32,000 nucleotides of DNA from Candidatus Micrarchaeota archaeon (GCA_043816005.1 JBDRIM010000073.1:1-32000), one strand, 5' to 3'. Positions 8,546-17,502 are shown, numbered from the stretch's first letter. Notes: generated by a model not told the origin, from the sequence alone. Numbers and translations are program-made.

Positions 8546-8854
8546 TCATTTCTTAGTTACTTTTTCTTCCCTAAGAACAATTTTTACTATTAAGAAAACC
8601 ACACCTGCTATTATCACAAAATTAACTACGGCACCGATAAAAAGTCCTAATTGTATACTGCTTTGTTCAGTTAGTGTAATCACTATCTCTTCATATTTTA
8701 TTCCTGGTGTCAAAACTGCTACAATTGGCATTATTATATAGTCTACAAGTGCTTTGACAAGGGTTGTTGCAGCAGCTCCCATTATGAATGCAATTGCAAG
8801 CCCGGCCACTTTATATTCCATTAAAAAATCTTTAAATTCAATTAGAAACGTCAT
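8546..8854 (-). CDS. mscL: Large-conductance mechanosensitive channel MscL
   Basis: FKDFLMEYKVAGLAIAFIMGAAATTLVKALVDYIIMPI is the signature MscL N-terminus; 102 aa, two TM segments. Confidence 0.93.
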   Translation of the reverse strand: MTFLIEFKDFLMEYKVAGLAIAFIMGAAATTLVKALVDYIIMPIVAVLTPGIKYEEIVITLTEQSSIQLGLFIGAVVNFVIIAGVVFLIVKIVLREEKVTKK

Positions 8855-8961
8855 ATAGTGTTATCGCACATGTATTTTTCTTATTTTTGGTTTACTTATA
8901 TTGTGTGATATTATGACTGATAATAAAATGCGGCCAGGCGGAACATATTTTATGAACACAA

Positions 8962-9264
8962 ATGATTCAACAATACAAAATCCAATTCAATAATGTCTCT
9001 GGTGGGAGTAGAGCGAGTTTTGATGATTCATCCGTAAAAATTTTCAGGTTGACTGAGTTTGGAGGACAAAAGGAAGCTAGTTTATTATCTCTTATCCCAC
9101 AAGAGGTCGAGATCATCAGACGTGCGCTTCAACAATCTGTTCTTGCGAATCCTAGTGGAACAAAACTATCCAAACCAGAGATGGCTGCTGCTTTGTCATC
9201 ATTTGATAGGCAATTACAATCATCAAAACCACAACAAAATAAAGAAGCCGGATTGCTCAGATAA
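8962..9264 (+). CDS. Hypothetical protein, N-terminus uncertain
   Basis: 100-aa ORF convergent with pyrG; an overlapping frame opens at 8911. Confidence 0.4.
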   Translation: MIQQYKIQFNNVSGGSRASFDDSSVKIFRLTEFGGQKEASLLSLIPQEVEIIRRALQQSVLANPSGTKLSKPEMAAALSSFDRQLQSSKPQQNKEAGLLR

Positions 9265-10879
9265 GTTTATTTCCTACTTTTTCTTTTATTGCCTTCATAA
9301 ATTCAACAAAAATTGGTGCAGGTTCTTCAAGCCTACTTTTTAGTTCGATGTGCGCCTGTGTTGCAACTCCAAAACTATCTTTCCATTCTGTTATTTCTAC
9401 AATATTATTTTTTTGATGAACTGCTGAAATAATTAGTCCATTTTCTGTAAGTTGTTTTACATATTCTGGATTTACTTCGTACCTATGTCTATGTCTCTCA
9501 TCAATCTTATCTTTTTTATACGCATTATAAGCAACAGTTCCCTTGGTTATTGCACATTCATATGCTCCAAGTCTCATGGTCCCTCCCATTCTTGAAATTT
9601 GTTGTTGCTCTGGTAGCATATCAATGACTGGATATCTTGTTTTTTTGTCAAATTCAGTTGAATTAGCACCATTCATTCCACAGACATTTCGTGCATATTC
9701 AACTACCATCAATTGAAGGCCAAGACACAAACCAATATAGGGCACTTTATTTTCCCGTGCATATTTTATGGCTTTTATTTTTCCTTCAATACCTCTACTT
9801 CCAAATCCACCTGGTACTAATATTCCATCGTATTTTTTCAGAACTGATGCTATATCCTCGGTTTTTTCAAGATCACTTGCTTCTAACCAACTTATTTCCA
9901 GTCCATAATTTACTGCTGCCGCTCCATGAACTAATGCTTCCTTGACACTAACATAAGCATCCTTAACTGCAGTATATTTTCCAATAATAGCGACCTTCAA
10001 TGGTCTGCCTTTTGGTTCTATAATGTGCTCCACTTTTTTATGCCATTCTTTCAAATCTGGTTCCTTAGTTGGATCAAGATCGAGTTGTTTTGCAAGTTGT
10101 TTGTAGAAATTTTGTTTTTCAAGAACTAATGGAAGTTCATAAACAGTACTTACAAGAGGATCATCAAAAACACTTTCTTCAGGTACATTACAGTAGAGGC
10201 TTATTTTTTTCCGTGATTCTTCAGTAAGTTTTTCCTGTTCACGTGTGATTATCATGTTTGGTTGAATCCCCAAACTTTGTAGGAGTCGTGTTGCTTGTTG
10301 TGTTGGTTTCGTTTTTGGTTCATTTGGACTCAAACTTGGGACATAAGTAAGTTGTATAAATATCATATTATCTCTTTCAAAATTAAGTTGCCTCATGGCC
10401 TCTATGAAATAACTATTCTCCATATCTCCAATCGTTCCGCCTACCTCAACAAGTACTATATCTGCAGCATTCTCCTTTCCAACATTCTGCACCCATTTTT
10501 TTATCTCATCAGTCAAATGTGGAACAAATTGTACGTCGCGTCCAAGATACTCGCCTCTTCGCTCCTTTTCAATAATCCTTTGGAATAATTTCCCTCCTGT
10601 AATGGAACACATTCCAGGTAGCGACTTATTGAGAAATCTTTCGTATGTTCCAAAATCCATATCAACTTCTGTCCCATCATCAAGAACAAAAACTTCGCCA
10701 TGCCTAAATGGATTCATTGTTCCACAATCAACATTCAAGTAGCCGTCAAATTTTATTGGCACTACTTTGTATCCCCGTGCTTCAAGTAATTTAGCTATAG
10801 AAGAAGTTACTATTCCCTTTCCTAATCCGGACATAATCGATCCGGCAATCACAATAAACTTGGTTTTTTTCTCTGGCAT
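9257..10879 (-). CDS. pyrG: CTP synthase
   Basis: GSIMSGLGKGIVTSS, LKFDGYLN-like region, glutaminase GLCLGLQ; 540 aa. Confidence 0.97.
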   Translation of the reverse strand: MPEKKTKFIVIAGSIMSGLGKGIVTSSIAKLLEARGYKVVPIKFDGYLNVDCGTMNPFRHGEVFVLDDGTEVDMDFGTYERFLNKSLPGMCSITGGKLFQRIIEKERRGEYLGRDVQFVPHLTDEIKKWVQNVGKENAADIVLVEVGGTIGDMENSYFIEAMRQLNFERDNMIFIQLTYVPSLSPNEPKTKPTQQATRLLQSLGIQPNMIITREQEKLTEESRKKISLYCNVPEESVFDDPLVSTVYELPLVLEKQNFYKQLAKQLDLDPTKEPDLKEWHKKVEHIIEPKGRPLKVAIIGKYTAVKDAYVSVKEALVHGAAAVNYGLEISWLEASDLEKTEDIASVLKKYDGILVPGGFGSRGIEGKIKAIKYARENKVPYIGLCLGLQLMVVEYARNVCGMNGANSTEFDKKTRYPVIDMLPEQQQISRMGGTMRLGAYECAITKGTVAYNAYKKDKIDERHRHRYEVNPEYVKQLTENGLIISAVHQKNNIVEITEWKDSFGVATQAHIELKSRLEEPAPIFVEFMKAIKEKVGNKLI

Positions 10880-10931
10880 AGGAAACCTGTATTTAGAACT
10901 ATTTTTAAATTTAACAAAAACAAAATGAACA

Positions 10932-11621
10932 TTAAATTCTATTTAATGCATCTTTCATCTTTTCTATTGTCATATTCGTTGCAATCATGGGGATGCGTTC
11001 ACGTTCTGATATTTTTATTGCAAGTTTGTCTACTTTACCAGAATCTAAATTGTGCAAAACAACTGCCGATGGTTTTGAAGAGCTTACTCTTATGACTACA
11101 AATGGGCTCCTACCAGTACTAACACCTGTGAAAATGAACACTCTCTCATTCACATTTCCATACAAATTCTGAAAATATGAAAATGGCATATCCAAGATGA
11201 CCTTTATACTATCAATCAACGTATACCCATAAATTTTCTTAGTTTCAACAAGATCTCCGTTAGTCAAAACCCTACCATCAATTAATTTTACAAAATCCTT
11301 AAGTAAAATCGATCTTGCAAACTCGTGGACTTCGAAATATTCACTCACTGGTTTTTCTTTTTCTCTAAACTTCTGAGCAATTCCACCGCCTTTTATTCTA
11401 TCTATATCAAAAAGTGCATTGACGAAACGTTTTACTACTCCTGTTCCTGGTGATTTTCTTCTGTTTCCTTCGTAATCACTGATAGTTGATACTGTAATAT
11501 CAAGATGTTTTGCAAGTTCAACCTGTGAGATGTTGAATATTTCACGCCATTTCCTCATGGTTGCTCCTGGGTCTTCTGATAGTGAAATTTCGCCTGCTAT
11601 TTCCATTTTTATTTTTTCCAA
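10932..11621 (-). CDS. Archaeal HTH (XRE-type) transcriptional regulator, COG1709-like
   Basis: HTH ISQVELAKHLDITVSTISDYEGNRR; TTG start with GAGGAG ribosome-binding site in the upstream repeat. Confidence 0.82.
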   Translation of the reverse strand: MEKIKMEIAGEISLSEDPGATMRKWREIFNISQVELAKHLDITVSTISDYEGNRRKSPGTGVVKRFVNALFDIDRIKGGGIAQKFREKEKPVSEYFEVHEFARSILLKDFVKLIDGRVLTNGDLVETKKIYGYTLIDSIKVILDMPFSYFQNLYGNVNERVFIFTGVSTGRSPFVVIRVSSSKPSAVVLHNLDSGKVDKLAIKISERERIPMIATNMTIEKMKDALNRI

Positions 11622-11749
11622 TTAATCTCCTCAAAATGGAAAGTAGTGAACGCAGTTCACGTTAATTTCCATTTTTATTTTTTCCAATTAATCTCCTCAA
11701 AATGGAAAGATGCGAACTTGTTCGCAAAGATTTCCATTTTTATTTTTTC
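11599..11749. repeat. Tandem repeats of the regulator's RBS/start region, separated by palindromes
   Basis: Identical 45-nt copies at 11599-11643 and 11665-11709 plus a 20-nt third partial copy at 11730-11749. Spacers contain GTGAAC-GCA-GTTCAC (11646-11660) and TGCGAAC-TT-GTTCGCA (11711-11726). Confidence 0.9.
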
Positions 11750-11895
11750 TATTTACATCACCATAAAACTAAAAAAAATCTAATATCTAATGCAACTATC
11801 AGCTAAACTATTTATATTCATTTCGACTATTGTCCATTATGACTTCGGCAATTTTGTTCGTGCTAATTTTTAAATTTTGATTGTAAAATAGGTTC

Positions 11896-12375
11896 ATGCC
11901 ATTAAATCTATTAGGAGATTTTTTTTCAATCCTTAAACCATCGTTATTTACCTCATCGTCAGCCATTCTAATTATATGTTTTATAATTTGGGAACTTCCA
12001 CGTACACTCAAAATCATGGATGAGGAATATACAAAAGACTTATACCCAGAAAATAGTAGGATACCCGATTTTTTCTTTTTATTTTGGGGATTAATTGGTA
12101 TTCTATATCTGTTCCCTCTCAATAACACGGATAATGTTCTTGCGTTTCTCAAAACACCTGGGATAACTTCATTTTACATTGTAATCATGATCACAATACC
12201 TTTCATTGTCTTAATGGGGTATTTCAAACGGTTCTTTGAAAGAATGCACAAACACGATTCACTTACTATTTTCACAGTCCAGTCATTTATGGATCTTATG
12301 CACACGTTGTTTTTCATTTCAGTTTCAATATTGATGGTACCAATACTTGGCTATCTAATTGGTCCATTGAAATAA
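11896..12375 (+). CDS. Small membrane protein; likely start at the internal MDEEYTKD methionine
   Basis: Hydrophobic segments FFFLFWGLIGILYLF, FYIVIMITIPFIVLMGYF, FISVSILMVPILGYLIG. Confidence 0.6.
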   Translation: MPLNLLGDFFSILKPSLFTSSSAILIICFIIWELPRTLKIMDEEYTKDLYPENSRIPDFFFLFWGLIGILYLFPLNNTDNVLAFLKTPGITSFYIVIMITIPFIVLMGYFKRFFERMHKHDSLTIFTVQSFMDLMHTLFFISVSILMVPILGYLIGPLK

Positions 12376-12376
12376 A

Positions 12377-13147
12377 TCAGTAATCTTTCATGAATTCAAC
12401 AGCATTTTTGAAAATCCTTAACCCATAAGCTTCTTTCACTACGCCTTTTATCCAATATGGACAATTTTCTGGGATATTGAAAGCTTCTGGATGCGGCATC
12501 ATTCCAAATATTTTTCCACTTTTATCACAAATCCCGGCAATATTATCCACTGCTCCATTTGGGTTATATGGATAGCCAGCAAGATTATTATTCTCATCCA
12601 CATACTGGAAAACAATCTGATTATTCTCTTTCAATTCTTTCATTACTGTTTCATCCTTTGGAATAAATTTACCCTCACCATGTCGAACTGGAACAAGCAA
12701 ATGCTCGAGCCCTTTAGTGTAGATACAAGGAGACTTAGTATTGGTTTTCAATATCACCCACCTATCTTCAAAATGACCCGAATCATTTCCAACCAAACTC
12801 ACCCGTTGTTGGAAATCTGGTGTTGGTAGCAATCCCATTTTTACGAGTGCTTGAAAACCATTACAAATACCGCAAACTAATTTACCTGCTTTTACAAATC
12901 CCTCCAATTGATCTTTTATTTTAAATTTCATTTTATTTCCAAAGACCTTCCCAGAGCCAAGATCATCTCCAAATGCAAAACCACCTGGGATAAAAAACAT
13001 ATTATAATCTTCGAGTATCTTTGGTGTTTCAAGAATTTTATTCACATGGACTATTTCGGCTACCCCACCGCTTTTTTCAATACAAAATTTGCTCTCATTT
13101 TCGCAGTTTATCCCATAACCAGTTACTACCAATGCTTTGAGCGTCAT
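12377..13147 (-). CDS. purQ: Phosphoribosylformylglycinamidine synthase subunit PurQ
   Basis: Class I amidotransferase: IPGGFAFGDDLGSGKVF, GICNGFQALVKMGLLP, MMPHPE; 256 aa. Confidence 0.93.
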   Translation of the reverse strand: MTLKALVVTGYGINCENESKFCIEKSGGVAEIVHVNKILETPKILEDYNMFFIPGGFAFGDDLGSGKVFGNKMKFKIKDQLEGFVKAGKLVCGICNGFQALVKMGLLPTPDFQQRVSLVGNDSGHFEDRWVILKTNTKSPCIYTKGLEHLLVPVRHGEGKFIPKDETVMKELKENNQIVFQYVDENNNLAGYPYNPNGAVDNIAGICDKSGKIFGMMPHPEAFNIPENCPYWIKGVVKEAYGLRIFKNAVEFMKDY

Positions 13148-13161
13148 AATATCCCTTTATA

Positions 13162-13545
13162 CTAAACTTTTCTTAATCCTTTTATTCCATCAAATTTTCC
13201 TGTTGATCCTGTTGATCTTGTAAATAAAAATGCATTGTTTGCCATACATATAGCTGCTGTCAAAATACTGTCCGTCATTCTAAATCCGTCGCTGCGATCC
13301 TTCATATCATTCAAAAGTTTTGATGCAATTTGTGCAGCTTTTTTGTCAAATGGTAAAACTGTAACATTAGCCGAAAAAGATGAAACCACTTCTGGTTTAT
13401 TAATTACTTCGAGAAGATGCATCATTGTTAAACTTGTTATACAAATTTCTTCATGATCCGCATAATACCTCATCTTATCAATAATTGCCGGTTCGCCTCG
13501 GAGAAAGTCTAATGCAGCTTCAAAGTCTAAGCATATTTTTTCCAT
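13162..13545 (-). CDS. vapC: PIN-domain VapC-like toxin
   Basis: Acidic N-terminal LDFEAALDFLRG, central TDSILTAAI, C-terminal LFTRS; follows the antitoxin. Confidence 0.78.
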   Translation of the reverse strand: MEKICLDFEAALDFLRGEPAIIDKMRYYADHEEICITSLTMMHLLEVINKPEVVSSFSANVTVLPFDKKAAQIASKLLNDMKDRSDGFRMTDSILTAAICMANNAFLFTRSTGSTGKFDGIKGLRKV

Positions 13546-13557
13546 TTAAATCCCTCA

Positions 13558-13782
13558 TCATCTGTTATATGCTTGATCTCGTTTTATCCTATCTACCTCA
13601 CGGTGATTAATGTCCATTTCATCAATACTTCCAGCAAGACTAATAATATTACTACCTTCTCTCTTTTCTTTTAACAAAAACCGTAAAATCTCACTAAAGC
13701 TCATTGCCTTAGATTTCTTTAACTGGTAGAGTTCCGCATATACATCATCCATTATCGTTATTACTTTCACCATTTTTTTCAC
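13558..13782 (-). CDS. vapB: VapB-like antitoxin (RHH-type)
   Basis: 74 aa; VKVITIMDDVYAELYQLKKSKAMSFSEILRFLL is typical of an archaeal VapB. Confidence 0.75.
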   Translation of the reverse strand: MKKMVKVITIMDDVYAELYQLKKSKAMSFSEILRFLLKEKREGSNIISLAGSIDEMDINHREVDRIKRDQAYNR

Positions 13783-13821
13783 CTGAAAGCAGCAGAGCCG
13801 CGTTAGCCGTTCATTCCAACA

Positions 13822-13944
13822 AATGGACGTTTCATCCCCTCAAAAAATGGGCCAAACCCATTTTCATTAAAGAAATACGTCCATTGTAGATCGCATGTGC
13901 TACAATTGTACCGCACATGGTAAATACATTTAGTCAATGTATTT
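13822..13944. promoter_or_regulatory. Cluster of inverted repeats upstream of vapB
   Basis: AATGGACGT/ACGTCCATT (13822-13830/13877-13885) enclosing AAAATGGG/CCCATTTT (13844-13851/13857-13864); CATGTGC/GCACATG (13894-13900/13913-13919); AAATACATT-TAGTC-AATGTATTT (13922-13944). Confidence 0.6.
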
Positions 13945-14075
13945 ATACTTTTCCCTCGAGAATGTGCCATTTGTTCTTTTTTTAGTCATTTTATGTCCTC
14001 ATTTTTTCGTCGTAAAACATCAAGTATTTAAATCATCGAAGGTGCCATTACTTACTCTCGTAATTGTTTCGTTAA

Positions 14076-14096
14076 TTTTTTCGCATTGCGAAAAAA
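14076..14096. promoter_or_regulatory. Perfect hairpin upstream of ftsZ
   Basis: TTTTTTCGC-ATT-GCGAAAAAA, 9-bp stem. Confidence 0.55.
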
Positions 14097-14141
14097 TGAG
14101 AAACTGGGAGAAAGCGACCAAAATGATAAAAAGGTGAAACT

Positions 14142-15221
14142 ATGGAAGATTTGGTAAGATCGGTTGTTGGAGAAAATACGCCGCAAGCTGACAAACAGTC
14201 CTCTGATGCATTGAGTTCAGAGTGCATTAAAATCGTTACTGTCGGTGTGGGTGGTGCTGGTAATAACACCATTAACAGACTTATAAAGTCCGGAGTTAAA
14301 GGTACCGAGTTGGTTGCAGTTAACACTGACAAACAACACCTTAACATTGTTCATGAAAGAGCAAAGAAGGTCTTAATAGGTAAATCAGTTACCAAAGGTT
14401 TGGGTGCTGGTGGTTATCCTGACATAGGTGCAAAGTCGTGTGAAGTTGACAGGCCACTTGTTGAAAGAGAACTTGAAGGCGCTCATCTTGTATTTGTTTG
14501 TGCAGGTATGGGTGGTGGTACTGGCGGTGGTGCAGCTCCAATTATTGCACAAATTGCAAAAGAGCAAGGAGCAATCGTAGTTGCCATGGTTACCTATCCA
14601 TTTGCTTTGGAAAGAGCAAGAAAAAAAAGAGCAGAAGATGGTATTAAACTCTTGAAAAAGAGCTGTGACTCAGTTATTATTCTTGATAATAATAGATTGG
14701 TTCAGTTAGTTCCAAATTTGCCAATGGCAGAAGCATTTGCTGTTGCTGATGAGATTCTTTCAAGGGCAATTAGCGGTCTTGTATGGACCATCACACAACC
14801 ATCTTTGATTAATATCGACTTCGCAGATGTCCGTGCAATCATGGAAGGCGGAGGAGTTGGATTCATTGCAGTTGGTGAAGGTAAAGGAAATGACAAAGTC
14901 AAAGCAGCCGCAGAGGGTGTTATAAAGAACCGACTGTTGGATGTTGACTTCGAAGGTGCGAAAGGTGCACTTATTCACATTACTGGTGGTAGTGACCTCA
15001 CATTGGGAGATGCTATCAAAGCTGGTGAATGGGTAACCGAAAAGATGGATGCCGAAGCAAATGTCAAATGGGGCGCTAGAATTATGCAGAATTACGAAGG
15101 CAAATTAGAAATTGTTGCCATCGTAACTGGTGTAAAAGGTGCGTCAGTTGCAGGCTCATCGATGATTGAAGAAGAATCTGTTATGCCAACATACTCTTCT
15201 GACCTTGAAGTTTTAGGTTAA
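14142..15221 (+). CDS. ftsZ: Cell division protein FtsZ
   Basis: Tubulin signature [13 protein letters not shown]-terminal [14 protein letters not shown]; 359 aa. Confidence 0.97.
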   Translation: MEDLVRSVVGENTPQADKQSSDALSSECIKIVTVGVGGAGNNTINRLIKSGVKGTELVAVNTDKQHLNIVHERAKKVLIGKSVTKGLGAGGYPDIGAKSCEVDRPLVERELEGAHLVFVCAGMGGGTGGGAAPIIAQIAKEQGAIVVAMVTYPFALERARKKRAEDGIKLLKKSCDSVIILDNNRLVQLVPNLPMAEAFAVADEILSRAISGLVWTITQPSLINIDFADVRAIMEGGGVGFIAVGEGKGNDKVKAAAEGVIKNRLLDVDFEGAKGALIHITGGSDLTLGDAIKAGEWVTEKMDAEANVKWGARIMQNYEGKLEIVAIVTGVKGASVAGSSMIEEESVMPTYSSDLEVLG

Positions 15222-15278
15222 AAACTTGAGGACCATAGAACGATTCGTCGTTCTATTGGACCTTGAAGTTTTAGGTTA
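15201..15278. repeat. Direct duplication of the ftsZ stop region flanking a hairpin
   Basis: GACCTTGAAGTTTTAGGTTAA at 15201-15221 and 15258-15278; ATAGAACGA-TTCG-TCGTTCTAT at 15234-15255 between them. Confidence 0.92.
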
Positions 15279-15348
15279 ATTTTTTTTCTTTTCTATTTTT
15301 CTTTTCATCTGGATATAGAAATTTAAATACACATTACTAATCTTCTTT

Positions 15349-16458
15349 ATGAAGAAAATTATAGTTGTTCTTGTATTCGCCATTCTTTTTCTTTTGGTAA
15401 TCAACATCTTTTTTCTATACAGCATAGCTACTATTCGTGATGAACTAACAAGTCAAAAATCAGATTTTGAAAGTGAAAAATCCATCTTAGCTGCCCAAAT
15501 AATTGATATAAACGATACTGTAAACCAGAAAGACCAGGAGATCATCGAATTAAATTCACAAATCGAGGCCGATAAACTAAAGATAGACCAAACAACCAAT
15601 CTTCTAACTTATACTCAACAACAACTCAATCTCACAAAATCCGAATTGTCAAACACTTCGTTATCACTTGAGGAAGCACAATCAGAGTTTAGTATTATTA
15701 AATCTGAAATTGACGATATTGCATTCTCTATCAATGAATCAATCCAATGGTTCAACTCGAATTCCCATCTTGGTCCATCAACCGAGTTTTTTTCAGATTA
15801 TGTTTATGATAAATGTGTGCATTCAGATACTCTTAATCTTCCCTGTATAGAATTTTTCATGGAGAAACGATTGGATTTTTTTTATGAAGAAGAATCCCCA
15901 GACAAACTCTATTCAATAGATGAAATGATCTCTAGGGGTGGTGGAGATTGCGAAGATTATTCACTTTTTCTTAAGGCAGTTTTGAATGATCTTAAATTAT
16001 CCGATCCTGATTTGCAAGTTATGGGGTGGACAAAAGGAGATAATAACTTTATGGTCTATGAAGGTTCTAGTAGTTCGTGGTTCTTTAAGAATGCACAGCC
16101 AGTTTATTTTGGTTCCCTTAGCGATCGTTATCCAGTTGTTTTTTGTTATGTAACATCCTACACTGATGAGGAATTACGTGGTCATTGTATAGTGGCATTA
16201 TCAAAAGAAAAAATTGAAACAAAAGCAGATCTCTACAAACTTAATGGGGCTGCTACATTTGAACCACAAGATGGCGAATACAAAGGCACCATCAGCAACG
16301 ATTATTTCTTGTGCGGCGGAGAGGATTGTGGTAAAAGTACACACGATATAATTTTAATAATCACTGATGATGATTTTTACAAAATGGTTGGTGGAGAATG
16401 GCAAAGTCTTGCATTCTATCTGAACGAAATTACTCAATTCAAAGCTAAGTTAGGATAA
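15349..16458 (+). CDS. Membrane-anchored coiled-coil protein with transglutaminase-like domain
   Basis: N-terminal TM, long coiled coil, then GGGDCEDYSLFLKAVLNDL and a later conserved His (GHCIVAL). Confidence 0.7.
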   Translation: MKKIIVVLVFAILFLLVINIFFLYSIATIRDELTSQKSDFESEKSILAAQIIDINDTVNQKDQEIIELNSQIEADKLKIDQTTNLLTYTQQQLNLTKSELSNTSLSLEEAQSEFSIIKSEIDDIAFSINESIQWFNSNSHLGPSTEFFSDYVYDKCVHSDTLNLPCIEFFMEKRLDFFYEEESPDKLYSIDEMISRGGGDCEDYSLFLKAVLNDLKLSDPDLQVMGWTKGDNNFMVYEGSSSSWFFKNAQPVYFGSLSDRYPVVFCYVTSYTDEELRGHCIVALSKEKIETKADLYKLNGAATFEPQDGEYKGTISNDYFLCGGEDCGKSTHDIILIITDDDFYKMVGGEWQSLAFYLNEITQFKAKLG

Positions 16459-16496
16459 AGCAGGCTTTATTTTTCTTTTCCTTCATCTTCATTCCT

Positions 16497-17204
16497 ATGA
16501 AAATAAAGATAATCGCAAATCCTAAGAAAACATGGGCAAAAAAAGTTGCCCGAGAACTTAGGACATTTCTTTCACCAAAACATTCTATTGTTCGTAATGG
16601 TGCTGAAGCTACGATTTGTATTGGTGGGGATGGTACAATCCTTTATGCAGTTCATAAAAATCAGATTAACGGTCCAATCATTGGCGTAGGTGGGGATAAA
16701 AGCTACATTTGCCAACTTGACAAACACAATTGGAGGGAAAAACTACTTACCCTGATTGATAATCCGGCAAGAGAAAAAATTATGACATTGATTTGTAAGT
16801 CTGAAGGTAACACATACTGTGCGTTGAACGATGTTGTTGTACATGCGACACACTATCGAGTTGTAGAAATGGATGTTACTCTTGATGGAAGAACAACGTC
16901 ATTTGAAGGAGATGGTATGATTGTTTCATCTTCAATTGGTTCTGCTGCATATGCATTTTCAGCAGGAGGAAAGAAATTCAAACCAACGGAACGGAAAATT
17001 GTTGTTGTTCCTATTTGTGCCTATAAACGCGCCTTTAGTCCATTAGTATTGGGCGAAGGTGGCAAAACTTCAATAAAGGTAGGTGCTGATTGTGCATTTA
17101 TAATCGACGGTATATTTATTAGAAATTTGAAAAGTGAAGAGATAGTATATGTAGAAAAAGGTTCTGATATGTTATTCTTTAGTGGGGTAGGGCGATATGA
17201 CTGA
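16497..17204 (+). CDS. nadK: NAD(+) kinase
   Basis: IGGDGTILYAV motif and STPIGSxAY-like SSSIGSAAYAFSAGG. Confidence 0.9.
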   Translation: MKIKIIANPKKTWAKKVARELRTFLSPKHSIVRNGAEATICIGGDGTILYAVHKNQINGPIIGVGGDKSYICQLDKHNWREKLLTLIDNPAREKIMTLICKSEGNTYCALNDVVVHATHYRVVEMDVTLDGRTTSFEGDGMIVSSSIGSAAYAFSAGGKKFKPTERKIVVVPICAYKRAFSPLVLGEGGKTSIKVGADCAFIIDGIFIRNLKSEEIVYVEKGSDMLFFSGVGRYD

Positions 17205-17502
17205 CAAAGATGAAATAATTAAACGCGGTTTTGTTGATGTAAAAGTTTTTGTGGCTGGGTTAAGACAAAGCCATAGGCTAGAGGTTGTAGAACAGGAGAC
17301 ACCAAATGGGCCTGTTTTGTTTTTAGTGTGCAAACATTACATCCCAGCTATAGAAATGGTTCGTCTTGCAGAAGCGCTCAAATTTCCAATAAAACATAAA
17401 GATACAGTTGTGTTCCCTCGTGGAACTATGCCGAGTACATTTACCAAAAAATCAACAATGGTATCAATTGAACCGGATGTTATTGAAGCTGAAGTTGAGT
17501 GA
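17197..17502 (+). CDS. Conserved small protein of unknown function
   Basis: 101 aa; overlaps nadK by 8 nt and abuts the hydrolase. Confidence 0.65.
   Translation: MTDKDEIIKRGFVDVKVFVAGLRQSHRLEVVEQETPNGPVLFLVCKHYIPAIEMVRLAEALKFPIKHKDTVVFPRGTMPSTFTKKSTMVSIEPDVIEAEVE

Noticed and set aside
11599-11749. CRISPR-like array
   Set aside because: Only two full copies plus a partial; spacers of 20-21 nt are themselves palindromic, and the repeat contains the RBS and start codon of the adjacent gene.
13937-14137. 66-aa plus-strand ORF before ftsZ
   Set aside because: Overlaps palindromes and the ftsZ leader; hydrophobic low-complexity translation without motifs; probably spurious.
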